The position numbers and the translations under genes are program-made. 64,000 bases of DNA from a virus (Duplodnaviria; Caudoviricetes), in the IMG/VR virus record IMGVR_UViG_3300042935_001404. The stretch is one strand, 5' to 3'. The first letter of the stretch is position 1; every line of letters begins with the position of its first letter. The notes under the pieces are model-generated. The model had not been told where the DNA came from. It saw only the letters and a program-made list of their open reading frames with translations, and made no database searches. This document shows, piece after piece, positions 46,801-55,275 of this stretch.

Positions 46801-47154
46801 TTCTGTTAAATCAATGTCAACACGCTGAACATAGCAACGATTGCTTACACCCAGTGCAGAGTATGCTGCCAACAAGCCGTATTCGTTTAGTTCGTACCCA
46901 TTGATTGGAGTACCAGCAGTGGTCTTGTAGAAGAATGGATTGCCAAACGTAGCGGCCAAATCTCGCTGACTGGTCATTAAATAAACACGGTTAGCATTTG
47001 CTGCCAATGTTCCTGGTGCAACGCCAACTCCAGCGGCACTGGTTTTGTTCTGTGCCGTTGCTATTAAAATGTATGGTACTGAATTGGTAGCAGCAGGGAT
47101 ATATTGACTTTCGTCGATAATCGTTACTTCTACGCCTGGGGATACTAATGCCAT
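43861..47154 (-). CDS. gp18: Contractile tail sheath protein with very large insertion (gp18-like)
   Basis: MALVSPGVEV N-terminus. RINVSRL, FEPND and CDASNNTP..IDRNEL...EFIYI C-terminus. Confidence 0.93.
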   Translation of the reverse strand: MALVSPGVEVTIIDESQYIPAATNSVPYILIATAQNKTSAAGVGVAPGTLAANANRVYLMTSQRDLAATFGNPFFYKTTAGTPINGYELNEYGLLAAYSALGVSNRCYVQRVDIDLTELTASLTRPLGAPTNNTYWFDTTNTEWGIFQWNITTGIFTVQTPIVITNTTQLETGTSVPLQTVGSIGDYAVTATSTFNPGYYKRGGPTSAQTSATALSDLYNTWVLVGSDEWKTAWPTVSGTLAPTTLTAAQTFSVNDVTITVPAVPNNTVDGIADAINDAAITGVYAATIGGKLYMYADSTATNDGSTANTGIISIANISGTALTTLGITATEYFAPTYQVSPSYTVPRWGATQTQPAPTGSVWQKITDVNQGAQFVVKKYSTILGAFVAQTCPIYLTENEELYATDPSGGGKNIPAGSTYAHANILKNNTSSFTIFERYATGATEITGNDATPGPFVSGNSFNITASQPGTAINTTAIVTLAGTTVEDFIAGVSGANIPYVSATVNSAGAVVFTHAAGGTIALINITGTPVTTAGFSTSVRGVRNNYANGVATGLILSNWVGTPTFTYTASDAAPDQDPADGRLWYYSATDQVDIMIQDNGTWQGYQNVTNDIRGYDLSATNATGPIISATAPTTQTDESESPLVFGDLWVDTSDLENYPRLYRWQPVNGVDQWVAIDNTDQTTENGVLFADARWAPNGTTDPITAPFPTITSLLTSDYLDLDAPQSTLYPQGMLLFNTRRSGFNVKSFQVDYFNADTFPDDTLPAVTNAWVTASGLKANGAPYMGRQAQRAMIVAALKSGIDTNTDIREEQRQFNLMATPAYPELMPNMIALNNERNNTGFVIGDTPLRLDPQDILLWASNNNGLGLDTGDGLTVGNQYMGVFYPSCQTTDLSGSPVVTAPSHMMIRTIIRSDEVSFPWFAPAGTRRGVIDNAVQLGYVNATTGEFVSLGVRQGLRDVLYENAINPITFIPGVGITNFGNKTTTSLTTAMDRINVSRLVAFIRGRLDIIGKQFLFEPNDQITRNQIKNAIDGLMIDLVAKRGIYDYLVVCDASNNTPARIDRNELYVDIAIEPVKAVEFIYIPVRIKNTGEIAAGG

Positions 47155-47180
47155 GGTTAAATCCTTTTTCTAAGTTTTAA

Positions 47181-47246
47181 TATTTAGCACCTATGCGTAA
47201 AAAACACGATCATTCAACCCTTTGCAAAGGTTTTTGTCGCTAAATA
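47181..47246. promoter_or_regulatory. Divergent late-type promoters flanking a 12-bp palindrome
   Basis: TAAATA (-) at 47181-47186, CCTTTGCAAAGG at 47219-47230, TAAATA (+) at 47241-47246. Confidence 0.65.
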
Positions 47247-47250
47247 CTCC

Positions 47251-47598
47251 ATGCAAAGACCTTTATGCCCTGCTTGTAATCAAAGATCGTGTGCCATTAA
47301 CTACTATCGCGATGGTGTGCCGCACTATAGAACACGCTGTGACCACTGCGTCAAGAAACAACGTCGAGTAAAGCCGCCACAGGCTCGTTGGAAATCCGCT
47401 GGCTATAAGAAAAAAGCCACGTGCGATAGATGTGGCTTTAAATCAAAATATTCTGCACAAACGTCAGTGTATCACGTGGACGGCAACTTACACAATACCA
47501 GTGTTAACAATCTGAAAACAGTGTGTTTAAACTGCACAGTTGAGATCACAAAGTCCGACTTGCCCTGGCAGCCAGGCGATTTGGTGCCTGATCTATAA
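47251..47598 (+). CDS. Small Zn-binding HNH endonuclease-like protein
   Basis: CPAC, CDHC and CDRC pairs. HVDGNLHN...NLKTVCLNC HNH motif. Confidence 0.75.
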   Translation: MQRPLCPACNQRSCAINYYRDGVPHYRTRCDHCVKKQRRVKPPQARWKSAGYKKKATCDRCGFKSKYSAQTSVYHVDGNLHNTSVNNLKTVCLNCTVEITKSDLPWQPGDLVPDL

Positions 47599-48202
47599 CA
47601 GTCTGTATTTGCGTGTACAGTGAGTCAATGTCAGAGTTATTGTACAAAACAAAATCAAAGGCACTGCCTACCCAAGCTGTTTCGCTGGCATGAATACCTT
47701 CATTCTTTAACCAGTCTTGTGCTTTGACATCGCCCTGATTTGCTTTGGCAGCAATATCAGTCCAATGCGGTTGAACACCTCGCTCGATGCAGACAATGAT
47801 ACCACCGGCAGCTCGCAATGATTTAATTTCGTTGGGAAAACGGCAGTCGCTGATCACAACATTGTCTTGGCTATTACGTAATTTGTTTTCTAAACTGGCA
47901 ATCCAAATGTCGTCGTGGAATCCAGAACGGCATACTTCTGTGCCCCATAACTGAAGCATTAACCGCGGAGTAAGTTCTGGCATGTTCAAACGTCTGGCCC
48001 ACCAAGAGTCCACCTGTTCTCTCCATTCACGAGCCTGCGCTGTACGGCCTTCTAGCAGGGTACGATCCCAGCCAAACACCTGTGCCACTGCATCTTTAAG
48101 GCTGTTGGCAAAACTTTCACGCCTGTATTCGTGGAAATTCACCAGGTAGTCTGCAACAGTATCTTTACCAGATCCAATAAATCCGCATACGCCAATGATC
48201 AT
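47546..48202 (-). CDS. Deoxynucleoside monophosphate kinase (T4 gp1-like)
   Basis: GFIGSGKDT, FANSLK, LQLWGTE, SDCRFPNE and HASE motifs. Confidence 0.88.
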   Translation of the reverse strand: MIIGVCGFIGSGKDTVADYLVNFHEYRRESFANSLKDAVAQVFGWDRTLLEGRTAQAREWREQVDSWWARRLNMPELTPRLMLQLWGTEVCRSGFHDDIWIASLENKLRNSQDNVVISDCRFPNEIKSLRAAGGIIVCIERGVQPHWTDIAAKANQGDVKAQDWLKNEGIHASETAWVGSAFDFVLYNNSDIDSLYTQIQTVIDQAPNRLAARASRTL

Positions 48203-48723
48203 GATAATTCCGTTACATTTAAATGTTTGAGTGTGGTTTGCAACAACTCAATTTGTCTACGGCAGTCTTCTAACGCATGATGACTTGTAGGCGGTTTGGG
48301 CAGTCCTGGCCATAGAGCAAATACTGTTCTTGAATCTCTGACTGCATAAAACTGCCACGGAATTGGTTTTCCGTAACTTTTATAAGCATGTTCCAGGATG
48401 TTCATGTCATATGTGGGACCTTGTGCCCAAACACGATTGCTTTGCCAAATCAGCCGGCCCAACTCATCCAGTGCTTGGTCTAACGGAATTCGGTCTTGTT
48501 CGTGAAATGCTTCATCACGTGCTGCCGCAGGCTGAGTTGCCCACCAGTCAATTGTGCCTTGTTGAATTGATCTATTTTCTTGGCTCTCTAGTGTGATACG
48601 AGCATAGTATTTGCGCTCATTGTATCCGGAGCCTAATGGATCAAAACTCTGGGCCGCAATGGTTAGTATTGTGGTGTCAGGGCCGGTGCCCAAACCTTCT
48701 AAGTCAATCATTAAATCTGCCAT
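48199..48723 (-). CDS. DEDDh 3'-5' exonuclease (DnaQ/DexA-like)
   Basis: IDLEG, TYDMNIL, RDSRT and HHALEDC motifs. Confidence 0.85.
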   Translation of the reverse strand: MADLMIDLEGLGTGPDTTILTIAAQSFDPLGSGYNERKYYARITLESQENRSIQQGTIDWWATQPAAARDEAFHEQDRIPLDQALDELGRLIWQSNRVWAQGPTYDMNILEHAYKSYGKPIPWQFYAVRDSRTVFALWPGLPKPPTSHHALEDCRRQIELLQTTLKHLNVTELS

Positions 48724-48728
48724 GTGTT

Positions 48729-48757
48729 ATTATAACACACAACTGTATGATTTGCAA
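48729..48757 (-). promoter_or_regulatory. Sigma70-like promoter
   Basis: TTGCAA-N17-TATAAT with extended TG. ATG 5 nt downstream. Confidence 0.7.
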
Positions 48758-48764
48758 CAGATGT

Positions 48765-49535
48765 TTAGCCGATTACCCAACTCAGGGGCTGTGAACCATC
48801 CACATAGTTCTTGAGATCTACTAGCAGTGCTTCCATTTGCGCTGTGGCTTCAGATTTCATTGCGGCACCGTTTAGTGTTCCGCCGCCCTGCGGACCGGCA
48901 ATGGTGCCAAATTTCTCACGTGCTTCACCGATAATCATTTTGCAGTTGGCCACCATGTAGTCACGTATCCATTGGCTGATTTGAAAGTCACTCAGCAAGT
49001 TAAACTCTGGTTTTAAATTGTATGTCCACAGTAACACATTCTCGCCAGTGCCTTTTGGGTCACGGATAATCTGTAATTTCTTGGTAACTGGATTCCAGGT
49101 AAAGTTCATGTAGCCGCCAAACATACGTGCGGCCAGCTCAACATACTGGCTGTAGAAGTCATACGTGGCCAGGCCGCCAGCCACGTTGAAGTTCATTAGA
49201 TAAACGTTGACACTGGCTTGTGAGAACGGATCAAAGTTTGACGAAAACGGTCCTGCTGAATCGCCAAACGTTCTACGGAAAATCTGTCGAACCTGTATGG
49301 TTTCTTGGGGCAAGGTATAGATGTTTACATCCTTGACCAACTCCATAAAAGTATAACTTTCTTCATACGCACCCTGAGCACGTTGACGATACACACCAAT
49401 TGTTTTTTGGTATGCGGCTTCGTAATGCTCTGCATCTAGTTCAAGGTCAATGATCTGCGAAGCCAGTTGTAACTGCACATATTCAATAAGGTTTTGTTTT
49501 AGCGTATTAAGGCTTGATTGTTCTTCAATTGCCAT
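48765..49535 (-). CDS. gp13: Neck/head-tail adaptor protein (T4 gp13-like)
   Basis: LASQIIDLELDAEHY, WIRDY..A..K.IIGEAREKF and GG.TLNG motifs. TAAATA at 49557-49562. Confidence 0.8.
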   Translation of the reverse strand: MAIEEQSSLNTLKQNLIEYVQLQLASQIIDLELDAEHYEAAYQKTIGVYRQRAQGAYEESYTFMELVKDVNIYTLPQETIQVRQIFRRTFGDSAGPFSSNFDPFSQASVNVYLMNFNVAGGLATYDFYSQYVELAARMFGGYMNFTWNPVTKKLQIIRDPKGTGENVLLWTYNLKPEFNLLSDFQISQWIRDYMVANCKMIIGEAREKFGTIAGPQGGGTLNGAAMKSEATAQMEALLVDLKNYVDGSQPLSWVIG

Positions 49536-49559
49536 GGTATAGAGCTCCGTTCCAGTTAT

Positions 49560-50696
49560 TTACCAGGATTTAAGGATGATCAGGTTCTCTGTGCCACGTC
49601 CGTTAAACGATGTTTCTGTTGTGGTCAGATCCTTGTAGATCTTTCTAGCGGCTGGCTTGCCTGCGGCTCCTAGTGCTTTAAGGATATCTGCAGGTTTACG
49701 CACAGTCTTTTGCAGACTTTCTACTGTGCTGAACCCAATGACGGAGTTTGATTTCACAGTGAATGCCTGTGTATAGCTGTCTGCAACAAGATGAATCAGT
49801 TTGCGTTTCTTAGTGTCATACAACCAGGCTTCTGCTTTGTCTACCAAACTTGCGGCAGGTAAACCTTTGAGCTTGAGCTCTGCAAATTCCATGATATGTT
49901 TGAACTTTGCCGCACGTTTCTCAGGCGGCACTGCTCGAACTTTACGCGGCTTGCGCTCAACCTTTTTAATCTGCACGTAGGCACCACAGTCCGAAATTAC
50001 CAGCTCACAGAACTTTACGCAATTCCGTAACTGCACCTTGCTCAAGAAACTGTAGCCCTGCACCAGGTCCGCATCTTTACCAGCCACTGCCGCATCAAAT
50101 TCCTCTAATTTGCGTGTCCAAATTTGTTTAATATCGTTTACCATTTGTGGAGCAACATTCATTGAACGCATCAGCACCACAGGTTTGTAGTCTGCTGTGA
50201 GCTTGGCGCCGCTTGAGACAAACTCGTCAAACAACCCATCTAGTTCACCCGCACACTCTGACACCTTCTCTCGCAGTCGGTCCTGGATTGTGATTTTTGG
50301 CACTGCGTCATCCACTGCGGCTTCTTCTGCCACAGCATCTTGTTTGGATTCTAAGATATCTTTTAGCAGGTTATCCAGTTTGATCTGCTCGTGCTCTGTG
50401 AGCTCCAGGCCCACCTGGCTCATGCGGCACAGCCAGCCTGTGGTTAGTCTGATTGAACTGTCTGGAATGCGTTTAAGGGTGCGCACATCGTTTTTACGAC
50501 CATGTGTTTCCAGATAGTTCACAATCATCTCACGTGCATCTTTTTTGCCGTAAAAGTAATTGTACCAACTGAACGCATGGCTAAGAGCACTGATACGACC
50601 TTCGGTGGGTTGGGTTTTCCAAGTTGGCTCCATGCCCATGGCATTGGTATCTGCACTGCGTGGGTTCAGCGGTTTAACGGGTTTAGTTGCGATCAT
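49560..50696 (-). CDS. Hypothetical early protein (378 aa)
   Basis: Long ORF with AAGGA RBS, downstream of sigma70 promoters. No recognised motif. Confidence 0.75.
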   Translation of the reverse strand: MIATKPVKPLNPRSADTNAMGMEPTWKTQPTEGRISALSHAFSWYNYFYGKKDAREMIVNYLETHGRKNDVRTLKRIPDSSIRLTTGWLCRMSQVGLELTEHEQIKLDNLLKDILESKQDAVAEEAAVDDAVPKITIQDRLREKVSECAGELDGLFDEFVSSGAKLTADYKPVVLMRSMNVAPQMVNDIKQIWTRKLEEFDAAVAGKDADLVQGYSFLSKVQLRNCVKFCELVISDCGAYVQIKKVERKPRKVRAVPPEKRAAKFKHIMEFAELKLKGLPAASLVDKAEAWLYDTKKRKLIHLVADSYTQAFTVKSNSVIGFSTVESLQKTVRKPADILKALGAAGKPAARKIYKDLTTTETSFNGRGTENLIILKSW

Positions 50697-50704
50697 AATA
50701 TTCC

Positions 50705-50992
50705 TTACTTAGTTCTGGGCAAGTGTTTTACAGCGTCAAAAAGTTTAGCGGCACGAACTACGTCAAAATTTTTGTGTTTGTACATCCAGGCTTTTTTACG
50801 TTCTGCTGTTTCCAGTGCCTCTACCAGTTTCCATTTAGTGTCAAAGTCCACTGTCATTATTATACGGCTCATGTCCACAATGTCCAATGCATACTCCACC
50901 CATTTTTCCGTAGCTTTTACTTTGTAATAGGAAGAATAAAAAGGTTTGCCTTTTGGGCCTGTGTACTTTGCTAAAAAGTTACCAGCTTTCAT
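50705..50992 (-). CDS. Hypothetical early protein (~95 aa)
   Basis: ATG 50992 has an AGGAG RBS. The track start at 51049 would overlap the promoter. Confidence 0.7.
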   Translation of the reverse strand: MKAGNFLAKYTGPKGKPFYSSYYKVKATEKWVEYALDIVDMSRIIMTVDFDTKWKLVEALETAERKKAWMYKHKNFDVVRAAKLFDAVKHLPRTK

Positions 50993-51020
50993 AACATACT
51001 CCTGGAGTGGGTAAGTGTGT

Positions 51021-51049
51021 ATTATAGCAGTTTTGATTTTATTGGTCAA
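51021..51049 (-). promoter_or_regulatory. Strong sigma70-like early promoter
   Basis: TTGACC-N17-TATAAT with extended TGC. Confidence 0.85.
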
Positions 51050-51318
51050 GTTACAGTCAACAATAGCATGGTCAAATCGTATTCATTGCGGAAAGTAATC
51101 CAGAATGGAGAGTCTAGCTCTCTTAATCTAGCTGGTTGTGTGCCTATATAACTGTACCAGATATCGTTACCCTGTTGGCCGTGCCCAGGCCAGCGTTTCT
51201 GGCAGGCTAACTCATACCTATTCCTATTTGGGGCAACGACAGAGTCAAAACGCATAGCTACTACATGCCCGTGCTCACGGAACTGTTTGTGTCTACCATT
51301 TAATTTAACAATTTTCAT
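51046..51318 (-). CDS. Hypothetical early protein (90 aa)
   Basis: Own promoter 8 nt upstream of the ATG. Confidence 0.7.
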   Translation of the reverse strand: MKIVKLNGRHKQFREHGHVVAMRFDSVVAPNRNRYELACQKRWPGHGQQGNDIWYSYIGTQPARLRELDSPFWITFRNEYDLTMLLLTVT

Positions 51319-51326
51319 AATACCTA

Positions 51327-51355
51327 ATTATAGCAGTTTGGGATTTAATGGTCAA
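51327..51355 (-). promoter_or_regulatory. Strong sigma70-like early promoter
   Basis: TTGACC-N17-TATAAT with extended TGC. Confidence 0.85.
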
Positions 51356-51370
51356 CCGGTACCATAAATA

Positions 51371-52123
51371 ATGATAAATAATAATATGCGTAAGGATTAT
51401 AGAAAAATATATATCACCAATCACGGGACGATCCCAATTGATACCAATGGGCGTAGTTATGACATACATCATATTGATGGTAATCATGAGAATAATGATC
51501 CTACAAACTTAGTAGCAGTGTCAATACAAGAACATTATGATATACATTATTCTCAAAAAGACTGGGGTGCTTGCCACAAAATAAGTTTACGTATGAAATT
51601 ATCTCCTGAGGAACTGTCTCAACTAGCAACTAACAGCAACCTAGAAAGAGTTCAAAACGGTACTCATCCGTGGGTAGGTGGCGATCTGAGTAGAAAAAGA
51701 GTTGCAAATGGCACACATAACTTTTTAGGAGCCAGCAATCCAGTACACAAAAAAATAGCAGACGGCACTCATCACTGGTTTGACGGTAGAAAATCAAGCG
51801 AAACACAGCGCAAGTTACTAACCGACGGAACCCATCACTTCTTGGGAGAAAATCATCCATCACGTGTTAGAGCCAGCAACGGAACTCATCACTTTTTTGG
51901 TGGTGATATGCAAAGAAAAACTCAGCGTAGATTAGTCGAAGAAGGAACTCATCATCTATTAGGTGGCGAAATACAGCGGCAAGGAAATATTAAAGCATTA
52001 CAGGCAGGTAGGCATCCTTCACAGATCAAAAAAACTTGTGAGCATTGTAATAATGTATATTCAATAGGCATGTATAACCGGTGGCATGGGGATAAATGCA
52101 AGGCAACAAATCTTACTAAATAG
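51371..52123 (+). mobile_element. Free-standing HNH homing endonuclease gene with tandem GTH repeats
   Basis: YDIHHIDGNHENNDPTNL...EHYDIH, six (N/D/E)GTHx(F/W/L) repeats, C-terminal CEHC...HGDKC. Two TAAATA upstream; start may be 51386. Confidence 0.8.
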
Positions 52124-52129
52124 TAGACT

Positions 52130-53434
52130 ATGCCAAAACTTTCCATGTATAGGCCAAACAGGACGGCCGACTATCGATTTTTAGATCGAACTATTTCAGA
52201 AATGTTCACTATTGGCGGTTTGGATATTTTCATCCACAAATATCTCGGCCCAGCAACTGGCGACCCCGGTGATGCAGATGCCACGCTTCCTGTTTACGAA
52301 ACTTCAAATCCCTTGTTTATTGAGGATTTATTGTTGTTAGAAAATCGTGATCGTCAATATGATCCAGATGTGTATGTACAACGCGGTGTGTATCGTGTGG
52401 CAGACATTGACTTTGATCTTACACAATTTGGCTTGTTTTTGAACAACGACACTTTATTCATCACTTTTTCCTACAACGACATGATTGACACCATTGGGCG
52501 TAAACTCATGTCAGGTGACGTGATAGAAATTCCCAACCTAAAAGATTATCATCCCTTAGACAAAAGTTTGGCCAAAGCATTGCCTCGCTGGTATGTGATC
52601 CAGGATGCGGCCTTTGCTTCAGAAGGTTTTAGTCAAACTTGGCTGCCGCACTTATGGCGTGTGAAGGCCACTCCAATGGTCAATGCTCAAGAATACAACA
52701 GCATTACCAAACAGGCATTTGAACCCAACAACATCTGGGATCCCGGCAACTATTATCCTGCCGGCACTGTTGTGAACAATGGCGACAAGTACTACACTGC
52801 CAACACCAATGTTCCGCCTGGCACAGACATAACCAATACTGCCTACTGGACCGAAAAGACTCCAGATACCATTGCAGGAAAAACTTCTACTCGCACAAAA
52901 GACCTAGAACTGAACGATGCAATTTTGGTACAAGCCGATGTTGAAGTTCCACTAACTGGATACGATACAGTAAAGTTTTATATTCTTCCCACAGCAGAAG
53001 ATGGACAACCTGCACAATCAGGCCTAACAGCAGACGAAACGCCACCCACAGTGGATGGTACTCAAGGTGGTGAAGGTACTACACCACGTTCAGATGGCTA
53101 CACAATTGGCTACTTGACTGGCGATGGCATTGCGCCAAACGGATTGCCTGTGACTCCGGGTGTTAGTTTTCCAGCATCGCCAGCAGTTGGCGATTATGCC
53201 TTGCGATTGGATTACTTTCCAAATCGCCTGTTCCGTTACAATGGCGCATCATGGGTCAAGATTGAAGACAGTGTTCGTATCAAACCAGTGTTTGAGTCCG
53301 AAGGTCCGGCAGCGTCACAACGAGCCAGTTTTGTCAACAATAGAAACACAGTACAGACCACTGACCGTGGTGCTATTCCAAGTCGTCAGAGTCTCAGTGA
53401 CCTACTCAAACCCAATGCAGACAATGGTGGTTAA
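52130..53434 (+). CDS. gp14: Neck protein (T4 gp14-like) with inserted carbohydrate-binding-like module
   Basis: DLLLLENRDRQYD, FDLTQFGLFL, GRKLMSGDVIE.P and PHLWRVK motifs. Insert WDPGNYYPAGTVV...YW. Confidence 0.8.
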   Translation: MPKLSMYRPNRTADYRFLDRTISEMFTIGGLDIFIHKYLGPATGDPGDADATLPVYETSNPLFIEDLLLLENRDRQYDPDVYVQRGVYRVADIDFDLTQFGLFLNNDTLFITFSYNDMIDTIGRKLMSGDVIEIPNLKDYHPLDKSLAKALPRWYVIQDAAFASEGFSQTWLPHLWRVKATPMVNAQEYNSITKQAFEPNNIWDPGNYYPAGTVVNNGDKYYTANTNVPPGTDITNTAYWTEKTPDTIAGKTSTRTKDLELNDAILVQADVEVPLTGYDTVKFYILPTAEDGQPAQSGLTADETPPTVDGTQGGEGTTPRSDGYTIGYLTGDGIAPNGLPVTPGVSFPASPAVGDYALRLDYFPNRLFRYNGASWVKIEDSVRIKPVFESEGPAASQRASFVNNRNTVQTTDRGAIPSRQSLSDLLKPNADNGG

Positions 53435-53440
53435 ACAACA

Positions 53441-54853
53441 ATGACAACACAAAATTCAGCAGAAAATCCATATTTTTTCTATGACGAACAAATCCGTCGC
53501 TTTTTGCTACAGTTCACAAGAATCTTTTCAAACTTTCAAATTGAATACGGACGCAACGAAGAAGGAACAGCACACACGCTGGTACGTGTGCCCATACGCT
53601 ACGGTGATTCTAGCAGACAAGTACAAACCATCATGCAGAACAACTCTGCCAGTTTCATGACATCTGTGCCCATGATGAGTTTTTACATTTCTGGATTTGA
53701 CTACGATCGTCCCAGAATGCAAGAGCCATACTATGTCAGCAACATTGCTGTGCGTCAACGCACCTACGATGATGTCACTGACACCTACGAAACCACACAG
53801 GGCAATGCGTTTACCATTGAACGCTTGATGCCTGTTCCATACAAACTCACACTCAAGCTGGACATATGGACCAGCAATACCAATCAAAAGATGCAGTTGT
53901 TGGAACAGATTGTGGTGTTGTTTAACCCGGCATTGGAAATTCAAAGCACAGACAACTATCTTGATTGGACCAGTTTGAGCATTGTTGAACTGGAATCAAC
54001 ACAGTGGACCAGCCGGTCAGTTCCGGTTGGCACAGAAGATCCCATTGACATTTGTACAATGACATTTACCCTGCCAATTTGGATCAGTAGTCCAGCCAAG
54101 GTCAAGAAACTGGGTGTGGTCGAGCGTATCATTGCCAACATATATAATGCCCAAGGTGATGCGTCAAATGCAGTGCTCGACAACGACTTACTGTTGGGCA
54201 CACGTATAGTGATCACTCCTTGGGATTATCAAACCTTGTTGATTGGCAACAAGTTGCAGGCTCTGCGTCCCAGTGCTGTAGTTGATGAATCTAATGCCAG
54301 TTTGACACCACCAGATTCGCCACCCAGCAATTTGTTATGGACAGCATTGGTTGGGGTCTACGGAGTGCTACGGCCTGGCATCAGTCAGATCTTTTTAGAG
54401 CAACCTGACGGCACTGAAGTTGCCGGAACCATTGCTTATGACCCATCCGATGATCGATTTATGCTGTATACTATAGATGAAGACACTGTTCCACAAAATA
54501 CCTTGTCGCCTGTACGTTCAGTGATTGATCCACTGCGCAGTGGACCAAACGAAGGATTACCTGTGCCGGTCGAAGGACAACGGTATTTGTTAACTGAAGA
54601 CACTGGCAGTGACAATGGCTACGCTGTGGCTTGGCAAGGCACGCTAGGACAACCGCTGATTGCTCGAAAGAACGACATCATTGAATACCTAGATGGTCGT
54701 TGGCAAGTGGTTTTTGAAAATAATTCTAGTCCTGACAACCTACAATACGTAACTAATATAACAACTGGAATTCAATACAAATGGACAGGCACAACATGGG
54801 TCAAGAGCTATCAAGGATTATATCCAGGAGGCCAATGGAGAATAGTACTGTAA
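53441..54853 (+). CDS. gp15: Tail terminator/sheath stabiliser (T4 gp15-like) with C-terminal extension
   Basis: FFYDEQIRR, VPIRYG, MPVPY, QLLEQI..LFNP and FTLPIWI motifs. Confidence 0.82.
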   Translation: MTTQNSAENPYFFYDEQIRRFLLQFTRIFSNFQIEYGRNEEGTAHTLVRVPIRYGDSSRQVQTIMQNNSASFMTSVPMMSFYISGFDYDRPRMQEPYYVSNIAVRQRTYDDVTDTYETTQGNAFTIERLMPVPYKLTLKLDIWTSNTNQKMQLLEQIVVLFNPALEIQSTDNYLDWTSLSIVELESTQWTSRSVPVGTEDPIDICTMTFTLPIWISSPAKVKKLGVVERIIANIYNAQGDASNAVLDNDLLLGTRIVITPWDYQTLLIGNKLQALRPSAVVDESNASLTPPDSPPSNLLWTALVGVYGVLRPGISQIFLEQPDGTEVAGTIAYDPSDDRFMLYTIDEDTVPQNTLSPVRSVIDPLRSGPNEGLPVPVEGQRYLLTEDTGSDNGYAVAWQGTLGQPLIARKNDIIEYLDGRWQVVFENNSSPDNLQYVTNITTGIQYKWTGTTWVKSYQGLYPGGQWRIVL

Positions 54854-55275
54854 ATGCTGTGGGCGTTTGGTTCTACAGTGTGAGCACACAACGATATTTG
54901 TATCTGTTGCGCAACGACTCACGTCACCCAGACTCGTGGGGGTTGCCTGGCGGCAAATTTGAAGCCAATGAAACACTAATCGAAGCAATGACACGCGAGT
55001 GTACCGAAGAACTGGGGCACATGCCCGAGTATTTGCGACTGGTTCCTATTGAAAAGTTCACCAGTGCTGATGGTGGATTTGCCTATCACACATTTTTCTG
55101 TAGCGTTGCTAAAGAATTTACACCTGTGTTGAACGATGAACACATTGGCTGGGCCTGGATCACATCCGGAACATGGCCTAGACCCATGCATCCTGGCCTG
55201 TGGTCAACTGTGAATTTTGATGCTGTTCGTGACAAAATGGCCACTGTGGAACACAGTATTCAGATATCGCAGTGA
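54835..55275 (+). CDS. Nudix hydrolase
   Basis: Nudix box GGKFEANETLIEAMTRECTEELG. AGGAGG RBS before ATG 54835. Confidence 0.88.
   Translation: MENSTVNAVGVWFYSVSTQRYLYLLRNDSRHPDSWGLPGGKFEANETLIEAMTRECTEELGHMPEYLRLVPIEKFTSADGGFAYHTFFCSVAKEFTPVLNDEHIGWAWITSGTWPRPMHPGLWSTVNFDAVRDKMATVEHSIQISQ

Noticed and set aside
6320-55275. Short convergent 3' overlaps (6320, 18394, 24790, 47546, 55260) as an antisense system
   Set aside because: Overlaps of 15-53 nt are common in compact phage genomes, and no shared motif was seen.
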